From assembly GCA_965235115.1 (NCBI GenBank), contig OZ249441.1, forward strand, positions 16,368,001 to 16,432,000: a stretch of 64,000 bases of DNA, given 5' to 3'. Both the position numbers and the translations under genes were made by a program. Source of the DNA: Laetmonice hystrix (lineage: Eukaryota). Below are positions 52,139 through 64,000 of this stretch, piece after piece (position 1 is the first letter of the stretch; every line of letters starts with the position of its first letter). The notes under the pieces are model-generated. The model worked only from the letters and a program-made list of their open reading frames with translations, ran no database searches and was not told where the DNA came from.

Positions 52139-55100
52139 AATGAAGTACCCTCTCTCCTGTTACTGCCCAGTGCATGCGAACATGTTGCAATACTTTTGGT
52201 CAGTTAGTGTAGGTTTGGCGCAGCGACTTTAATTATACTGCTTGATTGGCCGGAACATTCAATAAACTCTCAAATCATTTACACTAGAAGACTAGTTCCA
52301 ACAGTTACAGCTCTATTTGTAACTTTAATGATAAGCTGATAGTCCACACTGACCCGAGCCTATCCTATCTTGGCTCGGATCCTTGTCCTTGGCTCTGCCA
52401 CAGAAGTGACGAATCTTGTTAATGAGGTTCATCCATCCTGTTCAGTGTCAGGAACATTAATGCTGAATCATATTTCCCGCCTTACACGTCTCTGCACTCT
52501 ACTGAGATTGCACACACTTCACATGTAATGTCTGTTACTAGTGTGGTAATAAAACTCTCATCTGTTGTACGCACGATTGATTAAAGAATTAAGTTCAACG
52601 TTTCCTCTATCAGACCAAATCTGCTGCATGCAAGTGAACGAGTGGGCTGAAGCTGTAGAATGCGTGTTGCTTGTCATTTACGCATAGAATGACAACCTAT
52701 TTTTTTTGTACTGCAAAAACGCCATGTCAGGGTTTTTCAACGTTGACGTCGGCTACTCTATAATGATACGTGAATCAGCTAAGGTAATGTGCGTACAGCA
52801 TCCCGTGGATGCAGGCATAACAATTTATAACGTCTCGGCCCAGGACATTTCATGATACCACCTGTATGTATACACGGCTGCATTATTCACCGGTACCTGT
52901 CTCATGTACGTGTTAACAAGATTCCGTTAGACATCCTGTGAGATCTAATGAGATGAGAGAGTGAGCCTGGTAGCCTCAGGTGGTCTCACATGGGTGTCAT
53001 AAGGAATATGCCATCACTGCGGGCGGGCACCGCCACATCTTCCCGCCTTAATGACAGTCGGCCCAGAGTCGACCCCTGAATATATTTTATTTCACTCCCA
53101 GATTATGGTTCTTGTGGGGTTACGAGCGCCCAGAGGTTGTGCTTTACATCCCCTGGACCCCGACAAATAACCGAAATCAAAGGAATGTGGTGCTGTTCTA
53201 CTGAGACATATGGCGAGGTCCACTAAAGCTAATTCCAGGATGGCTACAGTCTTTGGGATCAGGTTTTCGTTTGATGCTCGGCGCATTTTTTAGCCCATTC
53301 TTTGGTTGTTATACATCCACACTGAAACCAGGCTGACTAACCAGAATACAAGTGGCGTTTGTGTCTCTACTAAAACCAATGATAAGCGATGAGGAGAAAT
53401 AAAAATGCACAAAAACGTAAATTCAGACGATCAAAAGGCCTCTTAGCTTCTGGGCATGTGTAGGAAAGGAGCGATAAACGAAACACGTTACGTCCCTACA
53501 GCTGTGCTATGGATGGAACTGGCATGTTAACTCTGCAGTCGTATTAAAAGCACTGTCGAATACGTCGCCTTGAGTGCCAGAAAACCCTGCCTTAGGCCGC
53601 CAATGGATCACTGTGACAGTTTTAACGTGGGGAAGAAATTTACTTCCGCCTACTGCGCACTACCAATGGTGCAAGAAGGTGTAAAGGAAGGCTCTACGCT
53701 AGTTTTATGACCCGATTGGTATCAAGAGGAAAGGCTGTTTCTATAGTGCAATACAATTATTGCAGCATAGCTTGGACGATTTCAAGTCATATACTGATAT
53801 TTTATATGTTAGACTGTGATTAGCCCACATCTCTGGATCCTTGAGACATGGGTAGATCAGGGATGTTTTATTGGAAGATTATGGGTTTGGTTTAAATAAA
53901 TAAATACGTCTTAATTAAACGCCTCTTTTCTCTGAAACTTGCCTCATCTTACTGAAAACATGTCAGGTCAATAACTTTTAAACTTTTGAAAACTGTAAAT
54001 TTTAGACATCAAGTTCCTATAGCTTTTGTTCACAAACGCAAAAAAACTGATAGTGTTCTATATTACTTTTGCATACAAGAGGCAGAATTTATCTGCTAAC
54101 TTAAAACTTAAACCCTTTACAAGCAACATTGTCATTACAATACATATCAGGGTGCCTCACCACCAACCACAGTCTGTATGATTCCACGCATGATGAAGCC
54201 CGTGTGATGTAGTGCCTAATCTCAGAAACAGATCGATCATTATATAGCAACCCCCTCGGCCAATTCGTGCAGCCATTGGAGAACTGCAACCAATCACAGG
54301 TGGGGAGTTTAATTCACCATCAGTTGTCAGCACTAGATGGTGTGACAGAAAAGTGATGGCGATCCAAATGGATATAGTATATGTCGACCAGAAACACTGT
54401 CAAAGTCCGTCTACTGAAAGTGATGCCAGAACCCAATGCCCATGGGCAGTACCGCTCGCAGAACAGTTTAATGCTGTATGATATCCCAGAAACCAGAAAG
54501 TTATTCACTAAAGTACTCTATTGATTTGCGATATCAACTTTCATTATATTCGAACAAAGAAGTAAATTACCTAATATCTCTGGAATAAAAGAAAGGGGAA
54601 TTACAAATGATTATTTACAAAGAGATGACTTGCTCAGGGCTATAATGCGGCATCCCTATAGATATGATGGCAGCAAAATCATTCATGTGAAATACATGTA
54701 TATAATGGAAGGCGCTTGTGTTAGATCTTCCCTATCCCTCACCAAGACAGACTAGTTCCGTATTCATGTAGGATGGGGAAACCCAGGACAGTAACACTAC
54801 ATGGGGCTAATTCTGTATGCGCTCATTTACCACAGAGAGCCTCGCATTAATCAATGTTCTTTCCTGATTGATGGCCATTTAGGCAAATTAACATGATCCA
54901 TACATGGCACGGGCATAAACTAAGTCGACCGAAATTATGAATCACCCATCGGAACATTAATTAGGGCTTCCATGATAATGGCAGCTTTTGAAGGACGCGA
55001 AACCCTTTTAGATATAAGTGGGGTAACTCGGTGAGAGAATTAAATAACGCCCCATTATGTGTCAAATGCTGTCACCCATTACATGGTAACTTTGTGGTCT

Positions 55101-55441
55101 GGTGGTTTGCCCCAAAGTTACGAGAGCAAAGGATTCACTCTGTAATAATAATGTTTCCATAGACACCGAAACAGGCAGCCATCAAGACCAGACTTAAAGG
55201 GGATGCTTGCTGCAAATATTCCAATCTCATCAGTTACAACGGCAGTTTCCTGTGGCATTTTAAACTATGTTACTTCCCTTTGGAAGTATACAGTTGAATC
55301 GTTGAATCGCTACATTAGCCACCACAAGTGTGTCAACAGAGTTACAATGCTAATTTTACAATACTGTATTTTCATGACAAGTCAAGTTCTTTAGTTGGGT
55401 CCATAAGAGTACTGTTTTACTCATCCAGAACATGCAAATAT

Positions 55442-57811
55442 CAGCAGTGTGAAGTTAGGATCTGGTACACGGTACACGGTACACGATTCGCCAAACCAGG
55501 ATCTTATTCAGGAAATAGGATCCGATTCGAATCTACGGGGCAGGGGGACTAATGAATGGTCCCCAGGGACTCTTCTCCTCGTGGACTATCCATGACTAGG
55601 AGGAAGTTCTCCTACAATTGTTTTCAGGGGTCACGCTGGGTCACCAAACTTAGATATATGAGGATTTCCCGGAAAATGTCACGTCTCGGTCCACTGAGGG
55701 TCCCCTACGGGGCAGGGGGACTAATGAATGGTCCCCAGGGACTCTTCTCCCCATGGACTATCCATGACTAGGAGGAAATTCTCCTACAATTGTTTTCAGG
55801 GGTCACGCTGGGTCACCAAACTCCAATGATATATGAGAATTTCAGGAAAATTGTCACATCTCGGTCCACTGACGGTCCCCTACGGCACAGGGGGACTAAT
55901 GAATGGTCCCCAGGGACTCTTCTCCCCATGGACTATCCATGACTAGGAGGAAATTCTCCTACAATTGTTTTCAGGGGTCACGCTGGGTCACCAAACTCCA
56001 ATGATATATGAGAATTTCAGGAAAATTGTCACATCTCGGTCCACTGACGGTCCCCTACGGCACAGGGGGACTAATGAATGGTCCCCAGGGACTCTTCTCC
56101 CCATGGACTATCCATGACTAGGAGGAAATTCTCCTACAATTGTTTTCAGGGGTCACGCTGGGTCACCAAACTTAGATATATTAGGATTTCCCGGAAAATG
56201 TCACGTCTCGGTCCACTGAGGGTCCCCTACGGGGCAGGGGGCCTAATGAATGGTCCCCAGGGACTCTTCTCCTCGTGGACTATCCATGACTAGGAGGAAG
56301 TTCTCCTACAATTGTTTTCAGGGGTCACGCTGGGTCACCAAACTTAGATATATGAGGATTTCCCGGAAAATGTCACGTCTCGGTCCACTGAGGGTCCCCT
56401 ACGGGGCAGGGGGACTAATGAATGGTCCCCAGGGACTCTTCTCCCCATGGACTATCCATGACTAGGAGGAAGTTCTCCTACACTTGTTTTCAGGGGTCAC
56501 GCTGGGTCACCAAACTCCAATGATATATGAGAATTTCAGGAAAATTGTCACATCTCGGTCCACTGACGGTCCCCTACGGCACAGGGGGACTAATGAATGG
56601 TCCCCAGGGACCCTTCTCCTCGTGGACTATCCATGACTAGGAGGAAGTTCTCCTACAATTGTTTTCAGGGGTCACGCTGGGTCACCAAACTTAGATATAT
56701 GAGGATTTCCCGGAAAATGTCACGTCTCGGTCCACTGAGGGTCCCCTACGGGGCAGGGGGACTAATGAATGGTCCCCAGGGACTCTTCTCCCCATGGACT
56801 ATCCATGACTAGGAGGAAGTTCTCCTACAATTGTTTTCAGGGGTCACGCTGGGTCACCAAACTCCAATTATATATGAGAATTTCAGGAAAATTGTCACAT
56901 CTCGGTCCACTGACGGTCCCCTACGGCACAGGGGGACTAATGAATGGTCCCCAGGGACCCTTCTCCTCATGAACTATCCGTGACTAGGAGGAAGTTCGCC
57001 TACAATTGTTTTCAGGGGTCACGCTGGGTCACCAAACTTAGATATATGAGGATTTCCCGGAAAATGTCACGTCTCGGTCCACTGAGGGTCCCCTACGGGG
57101 CAGGGGGACTAATGAATGGTCCCCAGGGACTCTTCTCCCCATGGACTATCCATGACTAGGAGGAAATTCTCCTACAATTGTTTTCAGGGGTCACGCTGGG
57201 TCACCAAACTCCAATGATATATGAGAATTTCAGGAAAATTGTCACATCTCATTGGAGTTTGGTGACCCAGCGTGACCCCTGAAAACAATTGTAGGAGAAC
57301 TTCCTCCTAGTCATGGATAGTCCATGGGGAGAAGAGTCCATAGGGACCATTCATTAGTCCCCCTGTGCCGTAGGGGACCGTCAGTGGACCGAGATGTGAC
57401 AATTTTCCTGAAATTCTCATATATCATTGGAGTTTGGTGACCCAGCGTGACCCCTGAAAACAATTGAAGGAGAATTTCCTCCTAGTTATGGATAGTCCAT
57501 GGGGAGAAGAGTCCCTGGGGACCATTCATTAGTCCCCCTGCCCCGTAGGGGACCCTCAGTGGACCGAGACGTGACATTTTCCGGGAAATCCTCATATATC
57601 TAAGTTTGGTGACCCAGCGTGACCCCTGAAAACAATTGTAGGAGAACTTCCTCCTAGTCATGGATAGTCCACGAGGAGAAGAGTCCCTGGGGACCATTCA
57701 TTAGTCCCCCTGCCCCGTAGATTCGAATCGGATCCTATTTCCTGAATAAGATCCTGGTTTGGCGAATCGTGTACCGTGTACCGTGTACCAGATCCTAACT
57801 TCACACTGCTG
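55442..57811. mobile_element. Foldback-type non-autonomous DNA transposon: long modular inverted repeats built from 172/175-bp tandem units, with TSD
   Basis: The outer ~90 bp are a perfect inverted pair (cagcagtgtgaagttaggatctgg... / ...ccagatcctaacttcacactgctg). There are about 10 units in the left arm and about 3 inverted units in the right arm, with the strand switch at 57250/57251. Flanking direct repeat caaatat (55435-55441, 57812-57818), extendable to 9 bp gcaaatatc. Confidence 0.9.
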
Positions 57812-58073
57812 CAAATATCTAGTTTACAAGGTTTAAATTAATAATATTGGACTCATAAGTAGTCATTGGACACGTTCTTCTCTTCCTTCTCCCTCGTCTT
57901 TTCTAGATTTTGTTCCACCTTATTGGTGGGGCTCACATAGGTCGTCCGACACAACTTGTGTCGACAGATCTGATAGGATCAGAGACCTGCACGCGTTCAT
58001 ATTGAGCGAATTATTCCCGCACTAAAGTCAATATCCACCAGAGCGTGTCGAGAAGCGAATCACCCCAGAACAG

Positions 58074-58087
58074 CCACTAGGTGGCGT
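58074..58087 (+). promoter_or_regulatory. CTCF-like site CCACTAGGTGGCGT
   Basis: Matches the CTCF core CCASYAGRKGGC; a second, reverse-oriented site (ccccagggggcgct) lies at 58221-58234. Confidence 0.4.
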
Positions 58088-59915
58088 CGCAGACGGTCAA
58101 GCTGGCGTTTTAACAAAAAAATGGGTAAAGTCTACTTACCAGTAGACCTCATCAAGTAGTGAGACCTGGCCAAAGGTTTAGTACCGAGAAACGCTGTGGA
58201 CAGATTTTCAGGGCGGCATCAGCGCCCCCTGGGGTGTACTATGTGGACTATGTCGGCAAGCGAGCGTTCAAATTGAAGTTACGCGACGTCTACCGACATA
58301 GCTCTGCCCCTAATTTACCCGAAATAACTCGGGGGCTTATACGACGTGCGTTATGTCGGACGAGTGCGTTCGTGTGGCCACGCGAAACAGCGGGTAGGCG
58401 TTGGAACAAGCCTCCAATGTGAACGCGGGGTAAGAAACATAACCCCGTGCAATCACCCCTGATGTGGACTCTATCATAACATGCCATGACTGTATATAAC
58501 GAAACTAAGCCTTCCTAATATGTCTGGGTGCAAGTTTCCCATTAAAAAATCCATTTCGCCCCTTAAGGTAGCGATCGGTCATTCTCCCGCACTTAATTGT
58601 GAGCGTGATCAAGTGCTGCTACATCGAAGGCCCTTGGTCACTAGGGCGACGGGTTCGCCATGATCGAACGGAGGGTCAACTTATATAGACGGAGGGCAAG
58701 ACAAAGGGCAGGGTGCCATTGGCTATGTACGGGCACTGCCTTGACCCATGCAACTACTCACACCTAAGCCACCATGCTAGGTCAGCCAGCCAAGGAGAAA
58801 ATAAACTTGGTTGGATTTGAAGTCTGGGGCCGGTGAGGGCAGGTCTTTCAGGGAAAATCTCGCACTGATCGCGGTCTGCTTGCTCATTGACAACAAGTAA
58901 ATGCCCGCAATTTCCCTACCTGACCCATCAATATGGCGTAGGAAGTACCGGGCTAGACGGGGCAGTCTGAAGACGGAGGGGGCCGAAGTCTTTCCAATCC
59001 TGAAGGAAACCGATGGCGGCAAAACGTGTGTGCGTGTGGGTGGCTGTGGGTGGGTGGGTGGGGGGGGGGGGGGGTAGTGAGAAAAACAGGCCTAGACGTT
59101 TCATATCACACTGGGGCAGTTTTAACTCCAAAGGCATACACGAATTGTTCAACAGTTGTGCATAAAAATAAAATAGGTCTTTGCCCGCATGACGTTCGCC
59201 ATGAAGAAATCTTCAACCTGTAACGCAAAATAAATTTCTAAGCTGGGCTGAGCCACAAGTTAACGTGCCCAGATTCAGTTTTTCTCGTCCTCCTCCCGTG
59301 AAGAGCCAAGCCTAAGCCTTTATATACATAGACTCTAGCCTATATGCCCTTGTATGCCGGCCACGCACGTGGATTCAGATTAGGCCATTGGGACGTTTTA
59401 GAGGGGGGGGGGGCGCTTAAGCGGGGTAAGCCCCCCCCCCCCTGCACTAGGCCCTATGTAGGGCCTACGTAGGCCTAGTCGTACGCTAGATAGGCCTACA
59501 TTTTGTTCAATAGCGAATAGGCCTAGGCCTATAGACAAAAAAAGCTACATGACATTATTCAACATAGGTACACGTTTCACCTTAAAAGTTAGCCTAAACT
59601 CTCTAAAGTGGACAGCACTCAAATCAAGTCATGACATGAGGAACGCCTAATGATAGGGGCCTACAGCCCACATCGGGATGAAAATAACACATTAATGTAT
59701 GCCTACCTGAAACTGGAAAATCCTCAGTTACTATATTTACGCTCCTCGGAGGTGTCGAAAACATGCGGTAGTATATCCGTCACATTTCCTTGATATGGAA
59801 CCGTAGCAGCCTACAGTTCACTGCATGTCGTTTTGGTTTAGAGTGAGCGAAGATGAGCTGTGCGCGTTTGCTGGCGACAGGACGCGCCACCTATCCGGAG
59901 TAGGAGGCAGTCGTT

Positions 59916-59925
59916 TGCGCATGCG
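59916..59925. promoter_or_regulatory. NRF1-type palindrome TGCGCATGCG in a CpG-rich patch flanked by TAGGCCTA clusters (candidate promoter)
   Basis: Motif seen directly; no transcript identified. Confidence 0.35.
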
Positions 59926-62900
59926 TTGCCCGACTGCCGCGTCATCAATCAGGCGTGGTGTAATATCGAGCGTAATATAGCTGCCATGTCTTCTGGTTGA
60001 GCTTCGTATAATTGATGGCAATGGGCGAGTGGGATTGCAAACCGTAGCTATCTATTCTGTATATACACCGCTTTTGTCGATGGTGCCGAGATATTTGCCA
60101 TCTAATAGGGCACAGTTAAAAGTTATTATCCAATTAAAACAGTAGGCTAGACTCCTTTCCGATGTAGATCTAGGTAGGCCTATGCAAACCTCGGCGCGCG
60201 CTCAAGGAACACAGTTTCTCCCAGACATAAATATAAAAACTCCTATCACACGTGTAGGCCTATTTTCACAATGCTGGCATCCGTTTTCCCCGCATATCTT
60301 TCACACACATCGCCCTCGTCCTGACGCCCCGGACACTGTGCCATGGGGGCCTGTGTAGGCCCTAAATCACATCCCGGCATGGCTTGTCCCGGGCAGACCC
60401 ACACTGATGGTTGATAAAATGCTGAGACCTCTAATTATGCTATAGACTCTATAATGGCCAAACGCATCAAACCCTCCTTCACCAGCGACCTCTGGATATT
60501 GGACACTCGTAATGAAATGGCAAATAACTCGGCAGTTGTGTGTTTGACACTGTCGCCGCAAGAGCACTCATAAAGAAATGGTAGGCTAATTGAAGTGGAG
60601 CAGCTAAATTAACTATTATGATAGGCATAGGGCCTGCAATGCAGCACAGGGTCTGTTATGAGTCAATCAATGCATAGGCTTATCAGAGTCCGCAAATATA
60701 GGCCATGTTTTAATATTGGCCTAGACATACGAGAAATATACAGGGCATAGCCTAGTATTTTGGATTGATCGTGGAAATTAGGCCTAGCCCACATCGGCCT
60801 ACAGGAGACACACTAACGAGCTCTACCTATGTCTATACAGGCATATAGGCCTAACAGAGAACATGTTGAATGAATTCCCTTGTAAGGCTTATAGGCCTAT
60901 GCGCAAGACCGGCAAAGTAATAGGCTGCCGCCTACAAACAGCTTTTAGTATAGCTACAAGGAACGTTTTTAGCCAATGTGAATCCTCCATTTCCTGATTT
61001 GAGTAGATTTGAGTGAAACTCAGACTTAAGTATTTTCAAGAAACCGGGCCGAGGGCCTACTGAGTAGAACAAATGTCATGAAACCTGGTTCACCTTCAAG
61101 CTGTAAGGGCATTCATACACGAAGTGATGACCAGGCTATCGGCATGCGAACACTGCACGTAGTAAGCCCCAGATCAGGCTGAAATATATAGGGAGACGCT
61201 ACAAGTTTGGTATTGTTGTCACTTAGTTTTCAATCTGGTAGATCTAGATTCTACCATAAAGCTCTTGAACGTCCAACAACCTTTCGATTAACACAGGAAT
61301 CGCCTCAGTGGTCAGACATTTTAGACCTTCAACGAGTGTGAACTGTCACGTGATACGGTAGGCCTATCAACGAGAAAAAAATCGATCTAAAATGGCAGTT
61401 GGAGAGAACCCACGGAGAGACCCATTGAGAGATCGAGAGAGAGACTAGGATATGAAGATGGACATGAAGGGGCTCGAAAGGCACTCAACCCGTTAATAAA
61501 ACCCTCAGAGGAGTCTCCCAGTTTAGCGTACACATTAAGAGCACACACCCCTTTGGTGCTTATTTCTACAGCCGTCCGATTCGCCTGCAGTGGTGGAGGA
61601 AAATCACCCCCCCGGGGATGATTCGTTGTCGATGTCAATGCGTGGACTCCCACTGAGCTCAGAGCTATTCCGAGGCAGCTCTACAGTCTGCCCGGTAATT
61701 CCAGGCATCAGACCTTCCCTATAAACTGCACATATGGATGCATTCAAAGGATATTTTTATACTCCTTTAGTATTTCAAAACTATTAATTTGTAAATCAAA
61801 TTGCCATATAAACCTCTTCGGCGGATCCTTATCCCAGGCATAGATGCGTGTATGGATAGCTGACCACGATAAAACAGGAGAGTCTATTAGATCCCAAGTG
61901 GTACAAATGCGATTTTGCGATAGCTAAACCATACATTCTTTATGACTTCACCGCGCTAGGGAAATCTAAAAGCCATTTTCATGGCGCATGAACTAATAGT
62001 GGCTTGAGATAATGACATCTAAGACGATTTTACTCCCGTAGCTAATCTATAATACACCCCCACGTACAGGCAGATCACTCTCCAGATAATAGTAGACTCT
62101 ACTCTTTGAAAAAAAAGCAAATGAGGTTGTTTGTGAAATTCTGATTCCTATAGTATTACAGCAAAACACCTGCCAACGGAATCCAAGCGTGATCTAAGAA
62201 TTTATGGTTGACAATACACACAGAACTGTTCATCGGAGTCAACGGTTCTCAGTGACGTGTAGAACAATAACAAGACGTTCCACGTCACATACTCTCCACT
62301 ATCTGAGGGGACTTTGTGACATCCCAGCATCTTATGGTCTAGGTTTATATATCGACATAATACTTCGATATGTGTCGATAACGAAAATTTCAGATATATT
62401 GATGATGCTGGCCAAGCCTAAACCATTCCTGATTATGATAAGTTCGATCATCTATTATCGTTTTGTAATGGTCAAGAAATGCCCTGTGTGGATATAGTTT
62501 GATTCCGAAGAATGCCTATGTAAGCACTGCCTATATACATAAACTTGATCCCCAAAGAACGTTTTTTCTTGGTCTCAGCTCTATTATCCTGAGCTGAGAA
62601 ACACTGAACACATGGCTAAGGCATGCATGGTGGGGGGAATTATTCTATTATACTGAGGAAAGCACCTGCTCGTTACTAAGCGTCCGATCAGATACAAAAC
62701 TAATTAGGTAAACATGAAATTATTACCTGGTTTCTACTTGTAAATCACGTCTGCTAGAAGTAGAGCCTTAATTGTCCCCTCGGTAGCTTTTTTATAATTC
62801 ATAAAATCTGCTGATCTCTTGACGTCCGAAAGAGGTGGCCACTTTGGAGTAGGTCTGTACATTAAGTGTAATACTGCTACCATATCATGTACTGATTACC

Positions 62901-62929
62901 ACCAGATAGGCTACTGATTAGAATGCATA

Positions 62930-63195
62930 ATTATACCTTCACCAATGAAGTTAGAAGGAGGTTATGTTTTGAGCCCTGTCTGTCTGTTTCTTTGTCTATT
63001 CGTATCTCAAAAAGTTATGAACGGATTTTCATGAGACTTTCAGGTATGATTGGTCTCGTGTCAAGGAACAATCGATTAGATTTTGGGAATATGAAGATAT
63101 ATTTTCGTGGATTCAGGATAATTTGTCATTTCTTCACCATTGAGAGGGAAACTTGCTGGAGTTACATGCGCTCTGCTGAGCGCCCTCTATAGTTT
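62930..63195 (+). mobile_element. DINE-1/Helentron-associated (HINE-like) non-autonomous element
   Basis: 5' ttataccttc...gaaggaggttatgtttt with a subterminal inverted repeat, then a (tgtc)n microsatellite, the atctcaaaaagttatgaacggatttt core, and a 3' hairpin gcgctc-tgct-gagcgc followed by tagttt. Confidence 0.6.
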
Positions 63196-63338
63196 GTTTT
63201 AGCTTTATTTCTGTTAAACCCACTTCATCTCCATGATGACCGACATAATAATCTCACATAATTATTATTTTTATTATTAAACAAATAGGCATACGAGATA
63301 AATGAATCGGACTTGTTATAAATCTATTAGTCTATACA

Positions 63339-64000
63339 TTAAAGGCGCCACAAATGAACAGACGAATAATCCAAGCCAGTCCAATCAGAAATTGCAATAA
63401 ACCAAGTGTCATTCTTCCTCGATACAGCCAGACCTCGTGGTTCACGGAGTCGCTCTGATCCATTGGTCAGATTGCACCACCACTGACCGTCAGGACTGAA
63501 TACCTTCACGCCATCTCTCGTCGCTACGAGAATATTGCCGGAGCTATCAGTGGCGACCCCTCGCGGCGCCACCTTGTCGCCTGACCCGCCATGGCCACAA
63601 TCGATCTCAAGAAGAAACTTCCCGTCCACATTGAAAGCCTGAACTGTGTTTCGGGTAAAATCAGACACAAAAAGTTTGTTCCCGGGGTCAAAGCACAAGT
63701 ACCCGGGTGTTGCAAACCACTGACCGTCGATGGTCAGGACGTGGTGAAGGCTGTCGTTGTATACTGCTACCACGTGGTTATGCATGTCGCTGAGTGCAAT
63801 ATGGCGACAGTCCTGAGAGAAGGCGACTCCCCACGGCTGAATCATCCGTGTTGGCGTCCATTTGGGTCTCTTTGATATACTGTGGTCACGCACGTTAACA
63901 AGTAGCATGTGAACGATGCCATGGTACGGGTCTGTCACGGCCACCGATCCGTCGTTAGCCATGGCGATTCTTCCAGGTTGAAAGCCAGCCAGAACGTCTT
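63339..64000 (-). CDS. NHL-repeat beta-propeller, C-terminal coding exon of a TRIM-NHL-like or NHL-repeat protein; 5' part outside the window
   Basis: The frame is open to the window edge (DVLAGFQPGRIAMANDG...). NHL repeats QPWGVAFSQDCRHIALSD, TPGYLCFDPGNKLFVSDF, APRGVATDSSGNILVAT and EPRGLAVS. AATAAA on the minus strand at 63270-63275. Confidence 0.9.
   Translation of the reverse strand, partial: DVLAGFQPGRIAMANDGSVAVTDPYHGIVHMLLVNVRDHSISKRPKWTPTRMIQPWGVAFSQDCRHIALSDMHNHVVAVYNDSLHHVLTIDGQWFATPGYLCFDPGNKLFVSDFTRNTVQAFNVDGKFLLEIDCGHGGSGDKVAPRGVATDSSGNILVATRDGVKVFSPDGQWWCNLTNGSERLREPRGLAVSRKNDTWFIAISDWTGLDYSSVHLWRL

Noticed and set aside
51490-52190. 217-aa and 227-aa ORFs
   Set aside because: A 33-bp minisatellite open in several frames.
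55208-55218. gctgcaaatat, identical to the Foldback right junction, about 220 bp upstream of the element
   Set aside because: An 11-bp match without adjacent TIR sequence; could be chance, so I did not call it a footprint.
55556-57697. Repeated 71-aa ORF MVPRDSS...
   Set aside because: One per Foldback module, with no transposase or other recognisable motif; overlapping copies are a by-product of the repeat.

Overview
Eukaryotic, intron-containing animal DNA. The gene content suggests a lophotrochozoan such as an annelid; this is inference. No rRNA, tRNA or CRISPR array is supported. I could reconstruct four minus-strand protein genes with phase-consistent splice sites: (1) a 13-exon divergent SLC18A (VMAT/VAChT-like) MFS transporter at 32402-38975; (2) a 9-exon, about 477-aa secreted protein at 41663-47136 with acidic and His/Arg-rich segments, ECM1/albumin-type CC-x8/9-C motifs and an anaphylatoxin-like domain, which the ORF track shows only in fragments; (3) a 3-exon FMRFamide-receptor-like rhodopsin GPCR at 48099-50193; (4) the C-terminal NHL beta-propeller exon of a gene cut by the window edge at 63339-64000. 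The first 30 kb is mostly decayed repeat sequence with no gene I can identify. The most striking structures are a 2.37-kb Foldback-type element (55442-57811) with tandem 172/175-bp modules in its inverted arms and a target-site duplication, a 60-bp array that multiplies a complete splice acceptor of the transporter about 13 times, two ~270-bp MITEs with 5-bp TSDs, and an unusual density of young minisatellites.
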